In this document: positions 1 to 8,719 of the stretch, in pieces | How the letters are laid out: each line of letters begins with the position of its first letter | How positions within the stretch are numbered: the first letter of the stretch is position 1 | Program-made: the position numbers and the translations under genes | The notes under the pieces: model-generated | The model's input: only the letters and a program-made list of their open reading frames with translations | Told to the model about the DNA's origin: nothing | Databases searched by the model: none | NCBI GenBank assembly: GCA_049424145.1 | Contig: JBMSSC010000027.1 | Coordinates: forward strand, 1-25,450 | Length of the DNA stretch: 25,450 nt | DNA from: Bdellovibrionia bacterium | Lineage (GTDB): Bacteria > Bdellovibrionota > UBA1018 | Direction: 5' to 3'

Positions 1-117
1 CCACAAAGAGGCCGACTTAAAGCGAAGATGCCCATACCAAGCCACCGTCATAAAACAATTGGATAGAAATAAAAGAGCGACGGTCCTAAAAAGAACTGGA
101 AACGAATTGAAACTCAT
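1..117 (-). CDS. DMT family (DUF486/DMT_6-like) small membrane protein, 5' part only (runs off window start)
   Basis: Hand translation from ATG at 117: MSFNSFPVLFRTVALLFLSNCFMTVAWYGHLRFKSASLW. The SNxFMTxAWYGHL motif is typical of this family. GAGGGG RBS upstream. Not in the ORF track. Confidence 0.85.
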   Translation of the reverse strand, partial: MSFNSFPVLFRTVALLFLSNCFMTVAWYGHLRFKSASLW

Positions 118-287
118 CTGATCCCCTCAAAAAATAGCGACTCATTCATGTCACTTCAGTAACCCCGTCAAGCGCGCTCCCAAAAACCAAAGACCTGGAC
201 ACGCCTCCATCAAACCCTCTTTTTTCTGAGCACGCGTGAACCAGGTAAAACGACGAGTGACCCCCTTCCGAGCCTAAAGTCAAGTCA

Positions 288-1577
288 TCATGATGACTGA
301 CTGAACTCTTGCTCGGGCCGCGATATCCCCCAGTTTTTGTATCGAAACACAAGAAGAAAAATCCCAGGCAACATCATCACACCGGCAAAAAGAAAATACG
401 ACTCCCAGCCCAAGCTCTTGGCTAACCATCCGGAAGGAGAACCCAGAAGCACCCGACTCAGTGCCATCAGGCTCGTGAGCAAAGCAAACTGAGTGGCCGT
501 GAATTTGGGGTGACACAGGCTCATGATGAAGGCGGAATAGGCGGCATTCCCCATACCACTGAAAAAATTTTCACTGGAAATGGCTGCTACCATCATCGGA
601 TAGTGATGCCCAATGCGCGCCAGGAGAAAAAAACAAATTCCAGAAAATCCCTGAAGAAGGCCAAAAACAAGTAGCGACCTTTTCATTCCAAGTCTAATCG
701 AATAGATGCCACCTAGAAAAGTTCCTGCCAATAGCGCAACCAAACCAAACCCCTTGGAGACAGCACCGATATCCGTATTGGAGAAGCCGAGTTCAAGAAA
801 AAACGTGGTCATTAACGCCAGAGTGAGAACCACATCCAACTTATAAACCAAGATAAAGGCAATCATCTCGAGCGAACCTTTACGTGAAAGAAACTCTCTT
901 AATGGCTCTACCAAAGCCTGAGAAAGGGAGTGAGGACGAGAGGCCTTCATTTCAGGTTCGGCCACAAGAAAATTGGTCAAAACTCCCACGCTCATACACG
1001 CTGCCATCAGCAGATAGACCTGATTGAAACTCAAGTGATCCGCCAAAATCAATGCAAAAGCCCCTGAAAATAGCATTGCAAAGCGATAGCCGAAGGTATG
1101 AATGGCGCCACCCAGAGCATAAGAAGAAGTCGCTAGGCTCTCTGTTCGAAAGGCATCAATTGCAATGTCCTGAGATGCACTAAAAAAAGAAACAGCAAAT
1201 GCTAATAAAGCAATTATTCCAAATTGATTTTTTAAGAAACCCTGATTATCGGTCATAGGATGCACTGAAGAAAGACCCACAAGACCCAGAATCACTCCGA
1301 GCTGAGCGATGAGAATCCACCCTCGCCTTCGCCCTAAAAACGGAGGTATGAACCGATCCATGAGTGGGGCCCACAGGAATTTGAGCGTATAAGGGGCACT
1401 TACCAAAGAAAAGGCGCCGATCCAGGTCAAATCAACTTTCGCCTGGGTCATCCAGGCTTGGAGCGTGCTTCCCACCAAAGCAAGCGGCATGCCCGAGGAA
1501 AAACCAAACGCCAATAACCAGAAGAATTGAGTCCCCCATGGAGTCCCAAATCCCTTCCATCGACTCAAATTCACCAT
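288..1577 (-). CDS. ampG: AmpG family muropeptide MFS transporter
   Basis: 429 aa, hydrophobic. Motifs GFSSGMPLAL, PYTLKFLWAPLMDRF, LGRRRGWILIAQ, SASQDIAIDAFR, ATQFALLTSL. Confidence 0.93.
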   Translation of the reverse strand: MVNLSRWKGFGTPWGTQFFWLLAFGFSSGMPLALVGSTLQAWMTQAKVDLTWIGAFSLVSAPYTLKFLWAPLMDRFIPPFLGRRRGWILIAQLGVILGLVGLSSVHPMTDNQGFLKNQFGIIALLAFAVSFFSASQDIAIDAFRTESLATSSYALGGAIHTFGYRFAMLFSGAFALILADHLSFNQVYLLMAACMSVGVLTNFLVAEPEMKASRPHSLSQALVEPLREFLSRKGSLEMIAFILVYKLDVVLTLALMTTFFLELGFSNTDIGAVSKGFGLVALLAGTFLGGIYSIRLGMKRSLLVFGLLQGFSGICFFLLARIGHHYPMMVAAISSENFFSGMGNAAYSAFIMSLCHPKFTATQFALLTSLMALSRVLLGSPSGWLAKSLGWESYFLFAGVMMLPGIFLLVFRYKNWGISRPEQEFSQSS

Positions 1578-1635
1578 GGCCTTGAGTTTATCTCTGATTT
1601 TCTAAAATACCATGAAGAAACTCACAGCAGAGATC

Positions 1636-1682
1636 ATGCTCTGCGTTACACTGCGTTTCGTCCCTCAATTAACGCAGAGCAT
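1636..1682. repeat. 13-bp perfect inverted repeat upstream of ampG
   Basis: ATGCTCTGCGTTA (1636-1648) and TAACGCAGAGCAT (1670-1682), 21-nt spacer. Confidence 0.85.
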
Positions 1683-1836
1683 TCAGCTTTTTCATTATAC
1701 TCGGGATCTTTTTCTGAAAAAATCTTGATCAATGCCAGCTCTAATAGACTGTAATTATTGATTTTTTTTTGATTCATTTTTTTAATTTTTTTTCTCAACT
1801 TCGGTCAACTTTATTCCGTTTAGCTAATGAGAAGAA

Positions 1837-2760
1837 ATGTTTAGAAATCTGATCTCTACTTTCTTGCAGGACCTTAAGGCCCCAAACTCCCTACTCTATG
1901 GGAGCAGAATCCATCGGGTGATGGTGAGTGGATTCGTGTTTCTTTTAAGCGGCCTTGCTCACGCTGAACAACCTGAAAAAATTATTCTCCCACAAACTGT
2001 TTCCATCCACAGCGAACCCAACAGTAGCGCCTCAAGTTTGGGTGTATTTAAAAAAGGGACCACTCTTCCGCATCTTGGAAAACCGGTCAACGGATTTTAT
2101 CCAATTCCACTCGGTGGATCGAAAACAGGCTGGCTTGATCTCAAGGACCTTCCTATTGAGATTTTAAAACCCAAGGCCGAAGCAAAACTCACCTCGAAAT
2201 CAAGAAAACCCGCGTCAAAAAGCCCCATTCGGATTAAACTGCCGCAGGGAATCTATGTCGATTTTTCAACTACATTAGGATATTCAGGAATCTCAGTCAC
2301 CCAAGGTTCCGCTCCGACACTCACTCAGTTGACTCTCGGAGCCTCTTTTGGATACTTTGTCTCCAAAAACTTCTTCCTAGGACTCAACACGGACTACCGA
2401 ATGACCCAGCATCAATCAGCAGTCAATCCAGTCCAAGGTAACTTTCGAGGCACTCGATTCAATGCCTTTAGCCCGATGGTGGGAGGCTTAGTCCAATCCT
2501 GGATCTACCGGCTGGATTTTCAATTCATCGGAGACTACGAACTAAGTCAAACCACTAACTCAGGCTCCAAATTATCCTATGGAGCTCCTCTGGGTGTCCG
2601 AGCCGTTGTTCTCAGACCGATCTATCAGTTCTTCAGCGTAGGCGCTGTTTTTGAGTACATGCGATTTTCAACCCAGAAGATTAGTGACATTGGAGAACAA
2701 AATTTAACTCAACCCCTCACTCTTTGGCAGGCAGGATTACTCATGGGGGTTCAATTTTAA
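1837..2760 (+). CDS. Secreted protein with an SH3-like N-terminal domain and probable C-terminal outer-membrane beta-barrel
   Basis: Signal-like segment ending AHA. SH3b-like stretch (SIHSEPNSSASSLGVFKKGT...GFYPI...KTGWL), Lys/Pro linker, amphipathic strands ending in C-terminal Phe (MGVQF). True start may be downstream. Confidence 0.65.
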   Translation: MFRNLISTFLQDLKAPNSLLYGSRIHRVMVSGFVFLLSGLAHAEQPEKIILPQTVSIHSEPNSSASSLGVFKKGTTLPHLGKPVNGFYPIPLGGSKTGWLDLKDLPIEILKPKAEAKLTSKSRKPASKSPIRIKLPQGIYVDFSTTLGYSGISVTQGSAPTLTQLTLGASFGYFVSKNFFLGLNTDYRMTQHQSAVNPVQGNFRGTRFNAFSPMVGGLVQSWIYRLDFQFIGDYELSQTTNSGSKLSYGAPLGVRAVVLRPIYQFFSVGAVFEYMRFSTQKISDIGEQNLTQPLTLWQAGLLMGVQF

Positions 2761-2773
2761 GTAAGAATGGATT

Positions 2774-4876
2774 ATGGCTAAAGATCGAGTTAATCATATG
2801 AACCGCAGAACTGTCTTCTTCAGTCTTCCTTGGATTACCTGGGTGCTTCCCTCGTGTGGAAATCTCGATGGTTTTGCAGTCCCTGCTGAAATTCGAATCA
2901 CAGCACCTCAAGGCATCTCTCTGCTGGCTGGAAATATCGGCGGATCGGGTAATATTGATGCCACAGGTACATCTGCGCGGCTCAACCTTCCTAGAGCATT
3001 GAGCTTCGATAGCGCAGGCAATCTGTACATCGTTGATTCAGGAAATTATTTAATTCGTAAGGTTTCAAGTAGCGCTAGCTCATCCACATTCGCTGGATCA
3101 GCAGGTACTTCAGGCACATCTGATGGAACCGGAACAAGCGCTCAATTTAACAATCCCTCAGGCATTGCCTTGGACACCTTAGGAAACCTCTACGTCACCG
3201 ATAGTAGCAGCCATAGCATTCGAAAAATCACTCCGTCCGCTGTTGTCACCACCTTCGCAGGTCAAGCAGGGACATCCGGATCAACCGACGGAAACGGAAC
3301 CTCAGCAGAATTTAACTTTCCGGAAGGCATCGGCATCAGTTCATCGAATCAAATCTATATAACGGATGCATCCAATCATACGATCCGAGAAAGCGACACC
3401 TCGGCAAACGTGACTACCTTGGCAGGCTCAGTGGGCCAAAGTGATAGCACCGATGGGAGCGGGGCAGCTGCACGATTCAATACGCCTAGATCCATCGCGG
3501 TCTCGAGCTTGGGAAACCTATTTGTTGCAGACGCCTCCAATCACCTCATTCGAAAGGTCACTTCTTTAGGTGCAGTCACGACGCTTGCTGGCACGGCTGG
3601 AAGTTCTGGTTCAAACGATGGACTCGGATCTGCGGCCCACTTCAACACCCCAAGAGGCATTGCCGTGGATGCTTCAGAAAACGCCTACGTCAGTGATTCC
3701 TTCAATAATACAATCCGAAAAATCACTCCCCTAGGCGTGGTCACCACTCTAGCAGGCTCAGCAGGAGTTCCAGGTAACTCGGATGGAACCTCTACGCAGG
3801 CCACTTTTAATGCTCCTCGAGGACTTGCTTTAGACTCCTTGGGCAACCTTTATATTTGTGACTCAGCCAATCATTTAATCCGAAAGATGTCTTTATCGAC
3901 CTTGGCTGTGACCACTTATTTAGGAAGCCCTGCTCTCAGTGGCTCCGACGATGCCACTGGATCACTGGCTCGCTTTAACTCTCCCTCCGGAATCACCACC
4001 GTCAACCCCTACACCGCCTATGTTGTCGATACAGCCAATCATACGATTCGTAAGGTGACCTCAACTGGGGCCGTCAGCACTTTTGCCGGACAAGCAGGCA
4101 CCAGTGGTAACGGCAACGGAACCAAAACCGAAGCCACGTTCTCTTCTCCCACGGGGATCACCTCCACAAGTGCGGGAGATCTTTATCTGGCGGATACAGG
4201 GAATCACCTCATCCGTAAAATCACTGCCGCAGGCGTTGTAACCACTCTTGCTGGAGCAGGGTCCATGGGAAGCTTGGATTCCACGGGCACTCAAGCTCGA
4301 TTCAATCGCCCCTCATCCTTGGCGCTCGACTCGTCGGGTAACCTCTATGTTGCCGATAGCGGAAATGATACGATTCGTAAAATCACGCCCAGTGGAGTGG
4401 TGAGCACGTTTGCTGGTAGTGCGGGTCTAGCCGGGACTACGAATGGCACGGGAACCGCCGCGCGCTTTAATCATCCCGAAGGAATCGTTGCCGATAGCTC
4501 CGATAACCTCTATGTCACGGATTCCGGAAATCACACCATCCGAAAGATTACTCCCGCTGGTGTGGTCACCACGCTCGCAGGATCGGCAGCCTCTTCAGGA
4601 AGCACGGATGGAAACTCCACTTCTGCCCAATTCAATACGCCCAAGGGCATTACCATTGACCCCTCAGGAAACCTGTATGTCGCTGACTACGGGAATCACA
4701 CGATCCGCAAAATTAGCCCCTCAGGTGTCGTCACTACTCTCGCTGGAACTGCTGGAAAAATTGGAATTCAGCTGGGGGCCCTTCCTTCCACCCTCGCTCG
4801 ACCCACAGGGATCTCCTATACCTCCGGACTCCTCTTAGTAACCTCGGAGAACTCCGTTTTGATCATTAACCCTTGA
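2774..4876 (+). CDS. NHL-repeat (double beta-propeller) putative lipoprotein
   Basis: 11 full ~55-aa repeats of type AxFNxPxGIxxDxxGNLYVxDxxNHxIRKITxxGxVTTLAG plus one degenerate final repeat. Lipobox-like VLPSC. Alternative ATG at 2798. Confidence 0.9.
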   Translation: MAKDRVNHMNRRTVFFSLPWITWVLPSCGNLDGFAVPAEIRITAPQGISLLAGNIGGSGNIDATGTSARLNLPRALSFDSAGNLYIVDSGNYLIRKVSSSASSSTFAGSAGTSGTSDGTGTSAQFNNPSGIALDTLGNLYVTDSSSHSIRKITPSAVVTTFAGQAGTSGSTDGNGTSAEFNFPEGIGISSSNQIYITDASNHTIRESDTSANVTTLAGSVGQSDSTDGSGAAARFNTPRSIAVSSLGNLFVADASNHLIRKVTSLGAVTTLAGTAGSSGSNDGLGSAAHFNTPRGIAVDASENAYVSDSFNNTIRKITPLGVVTTLAGSAGVPGNSDGTSTQATFNAPRGLALDSLGNLYICDSANHLIRKMSLSTLAVTTYLGSPALSGSDDATGSLARFNSPSGITTVNPYTAYVVDTANHTIRKVTSTGAVSTFAGQAGTSGNGNGTKTEATFSSPTGITSTSAGDLYLADTGNHLIRKITAAGVVTTLAGAGSMGSLDSTGTQARFNRPSSLALDSSGNLYVADSGNDTIRKITPSGVVSTFAGSAGLAGTTNGTGTAARFNHPEGIVADSSDNLYVTDSGNHTIRKITPAGVVTTLAGSAASSGSTDGNSTSAQFNTPKGITIDPSGNLYVADYGNHTIRKISPSGVVTTLAGTAGKIGIQLGALPSTLARPTGISYTSGLLLVTSENSVLIINP

Positions 4877-4910
4877 TGAATATATCAATTTTTGATACTC
4901 GACCCAGCAC

Positions 4911-6134
4911 TTGAAAAGAGGTCTGTTCGAAGTGCTACCATTGTCTGAGTCTCAGTGCCCAACCCAAGCCTCCGCAATCACAGGGGCCAACCGCCAAGAG
5001 TCTTCCGCTTCTCCTTCAGTTGTCGTTGGAATGTCAGGTGGAGTAGACTCCTCAGTGGCTGCCTTACTGTTAAAGCAACAGGGGTACCAAGTCATTGGCC
5101 TCTTTATGAAGAACTGGGATGAAAAAGATGAAAACGGCGTCTGCTCGGCTCAAAAAGACTATGAGGACGTCGCTCGGGTCTGTGAAAAAATCGATATCCC
5201 CTTTTATTCAATTGAATTCATTCAAGAGTATTGGGATCGAGTCTTCTCTGACTTTCTTCAGGGTTATCAATCGGGATATACGCCCAACCCCGACATCCTG
5301 TGCAACCGAGAAATCAAGTTCGATCTCTTCTTAAAAAAAGCTTGGGAACTAGGAGCCGACTTTCTTGCCACAGGCCATTACTGCCAAAATCTCAGGCTTC
5401 AAGGAGAAAATAAGCTAGTCAAAGGGCTCGATTCTAATAAAGATCAGACCTATTTTGTCTACACCTTGCAGAGTCAAAAGTTATCCCAGATCCTCTTTCC
5501 CATTGGACATTTGGAAAAAAGGCAAGTCCGAGAGATTGCAAAAACTCATGGGCTGGTCACTCATGAGAAAAAAGATAGTACGGGGATTTGCTTCATTGGG
5601 GAGAGAAATTTTAGGACGTTTTTAGCCCAGTACCTGCCAGCAAAGCCTGGGACCATTTTGGATTTACAGGGAAAAAAAATTGGCCATCACCAAGGGGCAG
5701 CCTACTACACGCTCGGACAAAGAAAGGGACTTCAAATCGGAGGACAAGGAGAACCCTGGTTTGTGGTCAAGAAAAAAGTCTCCGACAACCTCCTTTACGT
5801 GGCTCAAGGGTCAAAACACCCGGCTCTTTATTCCGATTTTCTTCTGGCCAAGGACGTTCACTGGATATCAGAAACCCAGAAGCCCCAGTTTCCCCTCCAG
5901 TGCCGGGCCAAAAGTCGTTATCGACAAATCGACCAGCCCTGCACGGTCACCTTGGAAGAAGGAGGAAGGATACGAGTGGAGTTTCACGACCCTCAACGAG
6001 CGCTCACTCCCGGTCAAGCCGTTGTCTTTTATGACCAAACGATTTGCTTAGGTGGAGCCACTATTGATCAAATTGGCCCCAGCTACTTTGATATGAAAAA
6101 AGACCTTCCCCCTAGCCTATCTACGTCTGAGTAA
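4911..6134 (+). CDS. mnmA: tRNA 2-thiouridine(34) synthase MnmA
   Basis: [14 protein letters not shown]-loop, [51 protein letters not shown]. Exact start uncertain. Confidence 0.97.
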   Translation: MKRGLFEVLPLSESQCPTQASAITGANRQESSASPSVVVGMSGGVDSSVAALLLKQQGYQVIGLFMKNWDEKDENGVCSAQKDYEDVARVCEKIDIPFYSIEFIQEYWDRVFSDFLQGYQSGYTPNPDILCNREIKFDLFLKKAWELGADFLATGHYCQNLRLQGENKLVKGLDSNKDQTYFVYTLQSQKLSQILFPIGHLEKRQVREIAKTHGLVTHEKKDSTGICFIGERNFRTFLAQYLPAKPGTILDLQGKKIGHHQGAAYYTLGQRKGLQIGGQGEPWFVVKKKVSDNLLYVAQGSKHPALYSDFLLAKDVHWISETQKPQFPLQCRAKSRYRQIDQPCTVTLEEGGRIRVEFHDPQRALTPGQAVVFYDQTICLGGATIDQIGPSYFDMKKDLPPSLSTSE

Positions 6135-7139
6135 AGAAGATCGAGCAGGCGGAGTGGAGCTCCTCTGCTTGTGGGAGGCCATAAAACGGAGGTAGGAAAT
6201 TAAATCAGCAACCTCTCGATCTCCCAGAACGTCTTTTCCGAAAGCTGGCATCTTACTCTCACTCCAAGTCCTCACCGACTTTGGTTCTCGAATGAACTGC
6301 ACTAGGACTTGAGGCTTAAAATACTCAGTCGGATTCATCGGCAGATTCAGATCCGGCCCCAAGTGACTTGGACCCTGCTGATTCAAGGTGTGACAGGCTA
6401 GACAGTTTTCCGAGAAAACTTGAAGCCCTCGCCTCACCTCAGGACGAACTCGATTCGTCGACTCAAAAAAAATCCGAGGATAAATCTCCTGAAGTGATTT
6501 CTTCAGCTCAAAGCGAACGACCTGAAAAGGCCACTCCTCACGCTTAATTTGCGAGTTCTCAGGATTCGTCCAAATCAGATAAAAGGGTCCCGGAGTGGTA
6601 CTGCCTTTTTGGTGAGCAAGAGGCTCCCACTTCTGGGCAGGCTGAGCACTCGAGCGCTCAGATGGACTCATGGATTCCAAGGAGGCCTCTGAACTCAATG
6701 GCTCAATTGCCAGGTATGCTTTTGAGGAGTGAGGCAAATCACTCAAAAGCACCTTTTTTGGGATCGGCGCGGAAAAGCCATCCTGACAATAAAATTCGAT
6801 CATCTCAGCCTGAGAGAGGTCCATTCCTTGAAACAAGTCCTTCAAAGCAATGGCATCATAGGTCTTTTTTCTGCCCTCATAAGCTGGATCATGCGCAACT
6901 TCAATCCGCACTAAATCCGCACGCTGCAGGAGTTCAGACTGGTGAAAAACGGTTTTCTTCCGATCCAGGCTCAAAAGAATGAGCTCAGCCCCTAAGGGAG
7001 CAGCAGCACTCAATGGATCCAATCTCAGCTCTCCAGTGGTTTCATTGGCCCCGAGGCAAGGAGCAGTCCAAAGACTCCCTACCCCGATGCTGACTGCAAG
7101 AGTCACCGATAAAAAAATCCATCCCGTTTTCATGAGCAT
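6117..7139 (-). CDS. Periplasmic c-type cytochrome with an N-terminal domain resembling the molybdopterin-oxidoreductase fold
   Basis: Signal peptide. Single heme motif CLACH followed by GPDLN and a likely axial Met (SKMPAF). N-terminal [13 protein letters not shown] and GPFYLIW...WPFQV motifs. Confidence 0.8.
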   Translation of the reverse strand: MLMKTGWIFLSVTLAVSIGVGSLWTAPCLGANETTGELRLDPLSAAAPLGAELILLSLDRKKTVFHQSELLQRADLVRIEVAHDPAYEGRKKTYDAIALKDLFQGMDLSQAEMIEFYCQDGFSAPIPKKVLLSDLPHSSKAYLAIEPLSSEASLESMSPSERSSAQPAQKWEPLAHQKGSTTPGPFYLIWTNPENSQIKREEWPFQVVRFELKKSLQEIYPRIFFESTNRVRPEVRRGLQVFSENCLACHTLNQQGPSHLGPDLNLPMNPTEYFKPQVLVQFIREPKSVRTWSESKMPAFGKDVLGDREVADLISYLRFMASHKQRSSTPPARSSLLRRR

Positions 7140-7313
7140 GCTTTTGGGAGTACCTTATCCCCAGTTTTATGCAACCTCTTAACGACATTCGGTTTGACTG
7201 GGCGGTTTGCAACCGTACCAGAAAGAGCGCACATTTTGAACCTGCTCTCAGATGCATACATCGCTCAAGCGACCGACTCTCAGCCTACCCGAGCACCACC
7301 ATTCGATCCTCAG

Positions 7314-7347
7314 GAAACGAAGAAAAGAGCATTTTTTTCTTCGTTTC
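7314..7347. repeat. 13-bp perfect inverted repeat (hairpin) between the RCC1 gene and the cytochrome gene
   Basis: GAAACGAAGAAAA (7314-7326) / TTTTCTTCGTTTC (7335-7347), 8-nt loop. Confidence 0.8.
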
Positions 7348-7433
7348 ACAAAAGCACCCACCCTAACGATTCGTGACTTTAAAAACTAGGCATCGGCCGA
7401 TCCAATCTGAAACCTGAAATGGGTCATGAAAGC

Positions 7434-8624
7434 TTAGAACGTAATCGGTACAGGGCTCGTTCTCTGAGCAGTACTTCCATCGCCCACTTGACCCATCGAG
7501 TTATCTCCCCAACACTTGAGAACACCTGAGGTAGTAACGCCACATGAGGCTTGAACCGAGGTCCCCGTAAGCGTCACATTAGCTCCAAGACTAATGGGTT
7601 TTGGACTCAGTGTGGTTGTGGTGGTGCCGTCACCAATTTGACCAGTGCCGTTGTCTCCCCAGCATTTAAGGACCCCTGCGGTAGTGACTGCGCACCCATG
7701 TCCACCCCCTTTTGCGACTCCAGAGTAGAGCGTCGGCGAGTCAATAGGAACTGGAGAATTTCTTTGAGTTGTCGTTCCATCACCCACTGCACCATAGGTA
7801 TTGTCGCCCCAACACTTCAGGACGCCTGCGGTTGTAATGCCACAAGCATGAGGAGCTCCTGGAGCACAAGCAATCTTAGCATAGGTGGCAGCATCATTGA
7901 CATTTGTCGGAACATTACGCAGAGTAGTGGTCCCATCACCGAGCTCGCCGCTTGAATTACTCCCCCAACATTTTAAAACCCCTGAGGTGGTGATTCCGCA
8001 AGTAAACCCGTTTCCAGCTGAAACCTCTGAGTAACCTGTTGCGATCAACTTGGGAGAATTGCGCTGTGTGTAGGTGGCATCTCCAATTTGGCCATTGATA
8101 TTTGAGCCCCAGCATTTCAGGTCACCTGTCGTCGTGATTCCACAGGTATGAGTTCCTCCAGCACTCACACGGGAGTAGGTTACTGCGCCATCGATTAAAG
8201 TGGGTGTAGTTTTTTGAGTCGTTGATCCATCTCCGAGTTGACCTAGCTGATTATAGCCCCAGCAACGAAGCTGCCCAGCTGTCGTGATCCCACAAGTATG
8301 ATTCCCCCCTGCACTCACGCGAGAGTAGGGGCCGCCTGTGGTAACAGCGGTTGGAGAATTTTTTTGCACCGTTGTTCCGTCACCTACTTGTCCGTTTGAG
8401 TTTTGCCCCCAGCACTTGAGCGTTCCGGCTGTATTGATCGCACACGTTTGGAATAACCCCCCACTTAAGCTTGTGATCGTAGGAGCCGTGACCTTTTTTT
8501 TCTTAATAAACATTCCCATGTTAAATTGGGCAAAGCAAACCGAAGAGCACCAACTTATTCCTCCAATAAAAGCCAAAGAACAATAAATGAGGGTATTTTT
8601 TTTTAGATCGAATCGTTTTCTCAT
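7434..8624 (-). CDS. Secreted RCC1/BLIP-II-type seven-bladed beta-propeller protein
   Basis: Seven repeats of type HTCGITTxGxLKCWGxNxxGQxGDGT. N-terminal signal peptide. AAGGA RBS upstream. Confidence 0.9.
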   Translation of the reverse strand: MRKRFDLKKNTLIYCSLAFIGGISWCSSVCFAQFNMGMFIKKKKVTAPTITSLSGGLFQTCAINTAGTLKCWGQNSNGQVGDGTTVQKNSPTAVTTGGPYSRVSAGGNHTCGITTAGQLRCWGYNQLGQLGDGSTTQKTTPTLIDGAVTYSRVSAGGTHTCGITTTGDLKCWGSNINGQIGDATYTQRNSPKLIATGYSEVSAGNGFTCGITTSGVLKCWGSNSSGELGDGTTTLRNVPTNVNDAATYAKIACAPGAPHACGITTAGVLKCWGDNTYGAVGDGTTTQRNSPVPIDSPTLYSGVAKGGGHGCAVTTAGVLKCWGDNGTGQIGDGTTTTTLSPKPISLGANVTLTGTSVQASCGVTTSGVLKCWGDNSMGQVGDGSTAQRTSPVPITF

Positions 8625-8719
8625 TTTAAATTTCCTTTAAAGGATTACAAAAACATTCTTCAGTTCCGAGCATTCAGTCGATTTTCTGACTTTTTTCTAA
8701 ATACACTTTGCGAGAGCAC

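Noticed and set aside
2950..4760. CRISPR-like or tandem DNA repeat array
   Set aside because: The periodicity is protein-level NHL repeats with diverged codons. There are no identical direct repeats with spacers. The same applies to the RCC1 gene.
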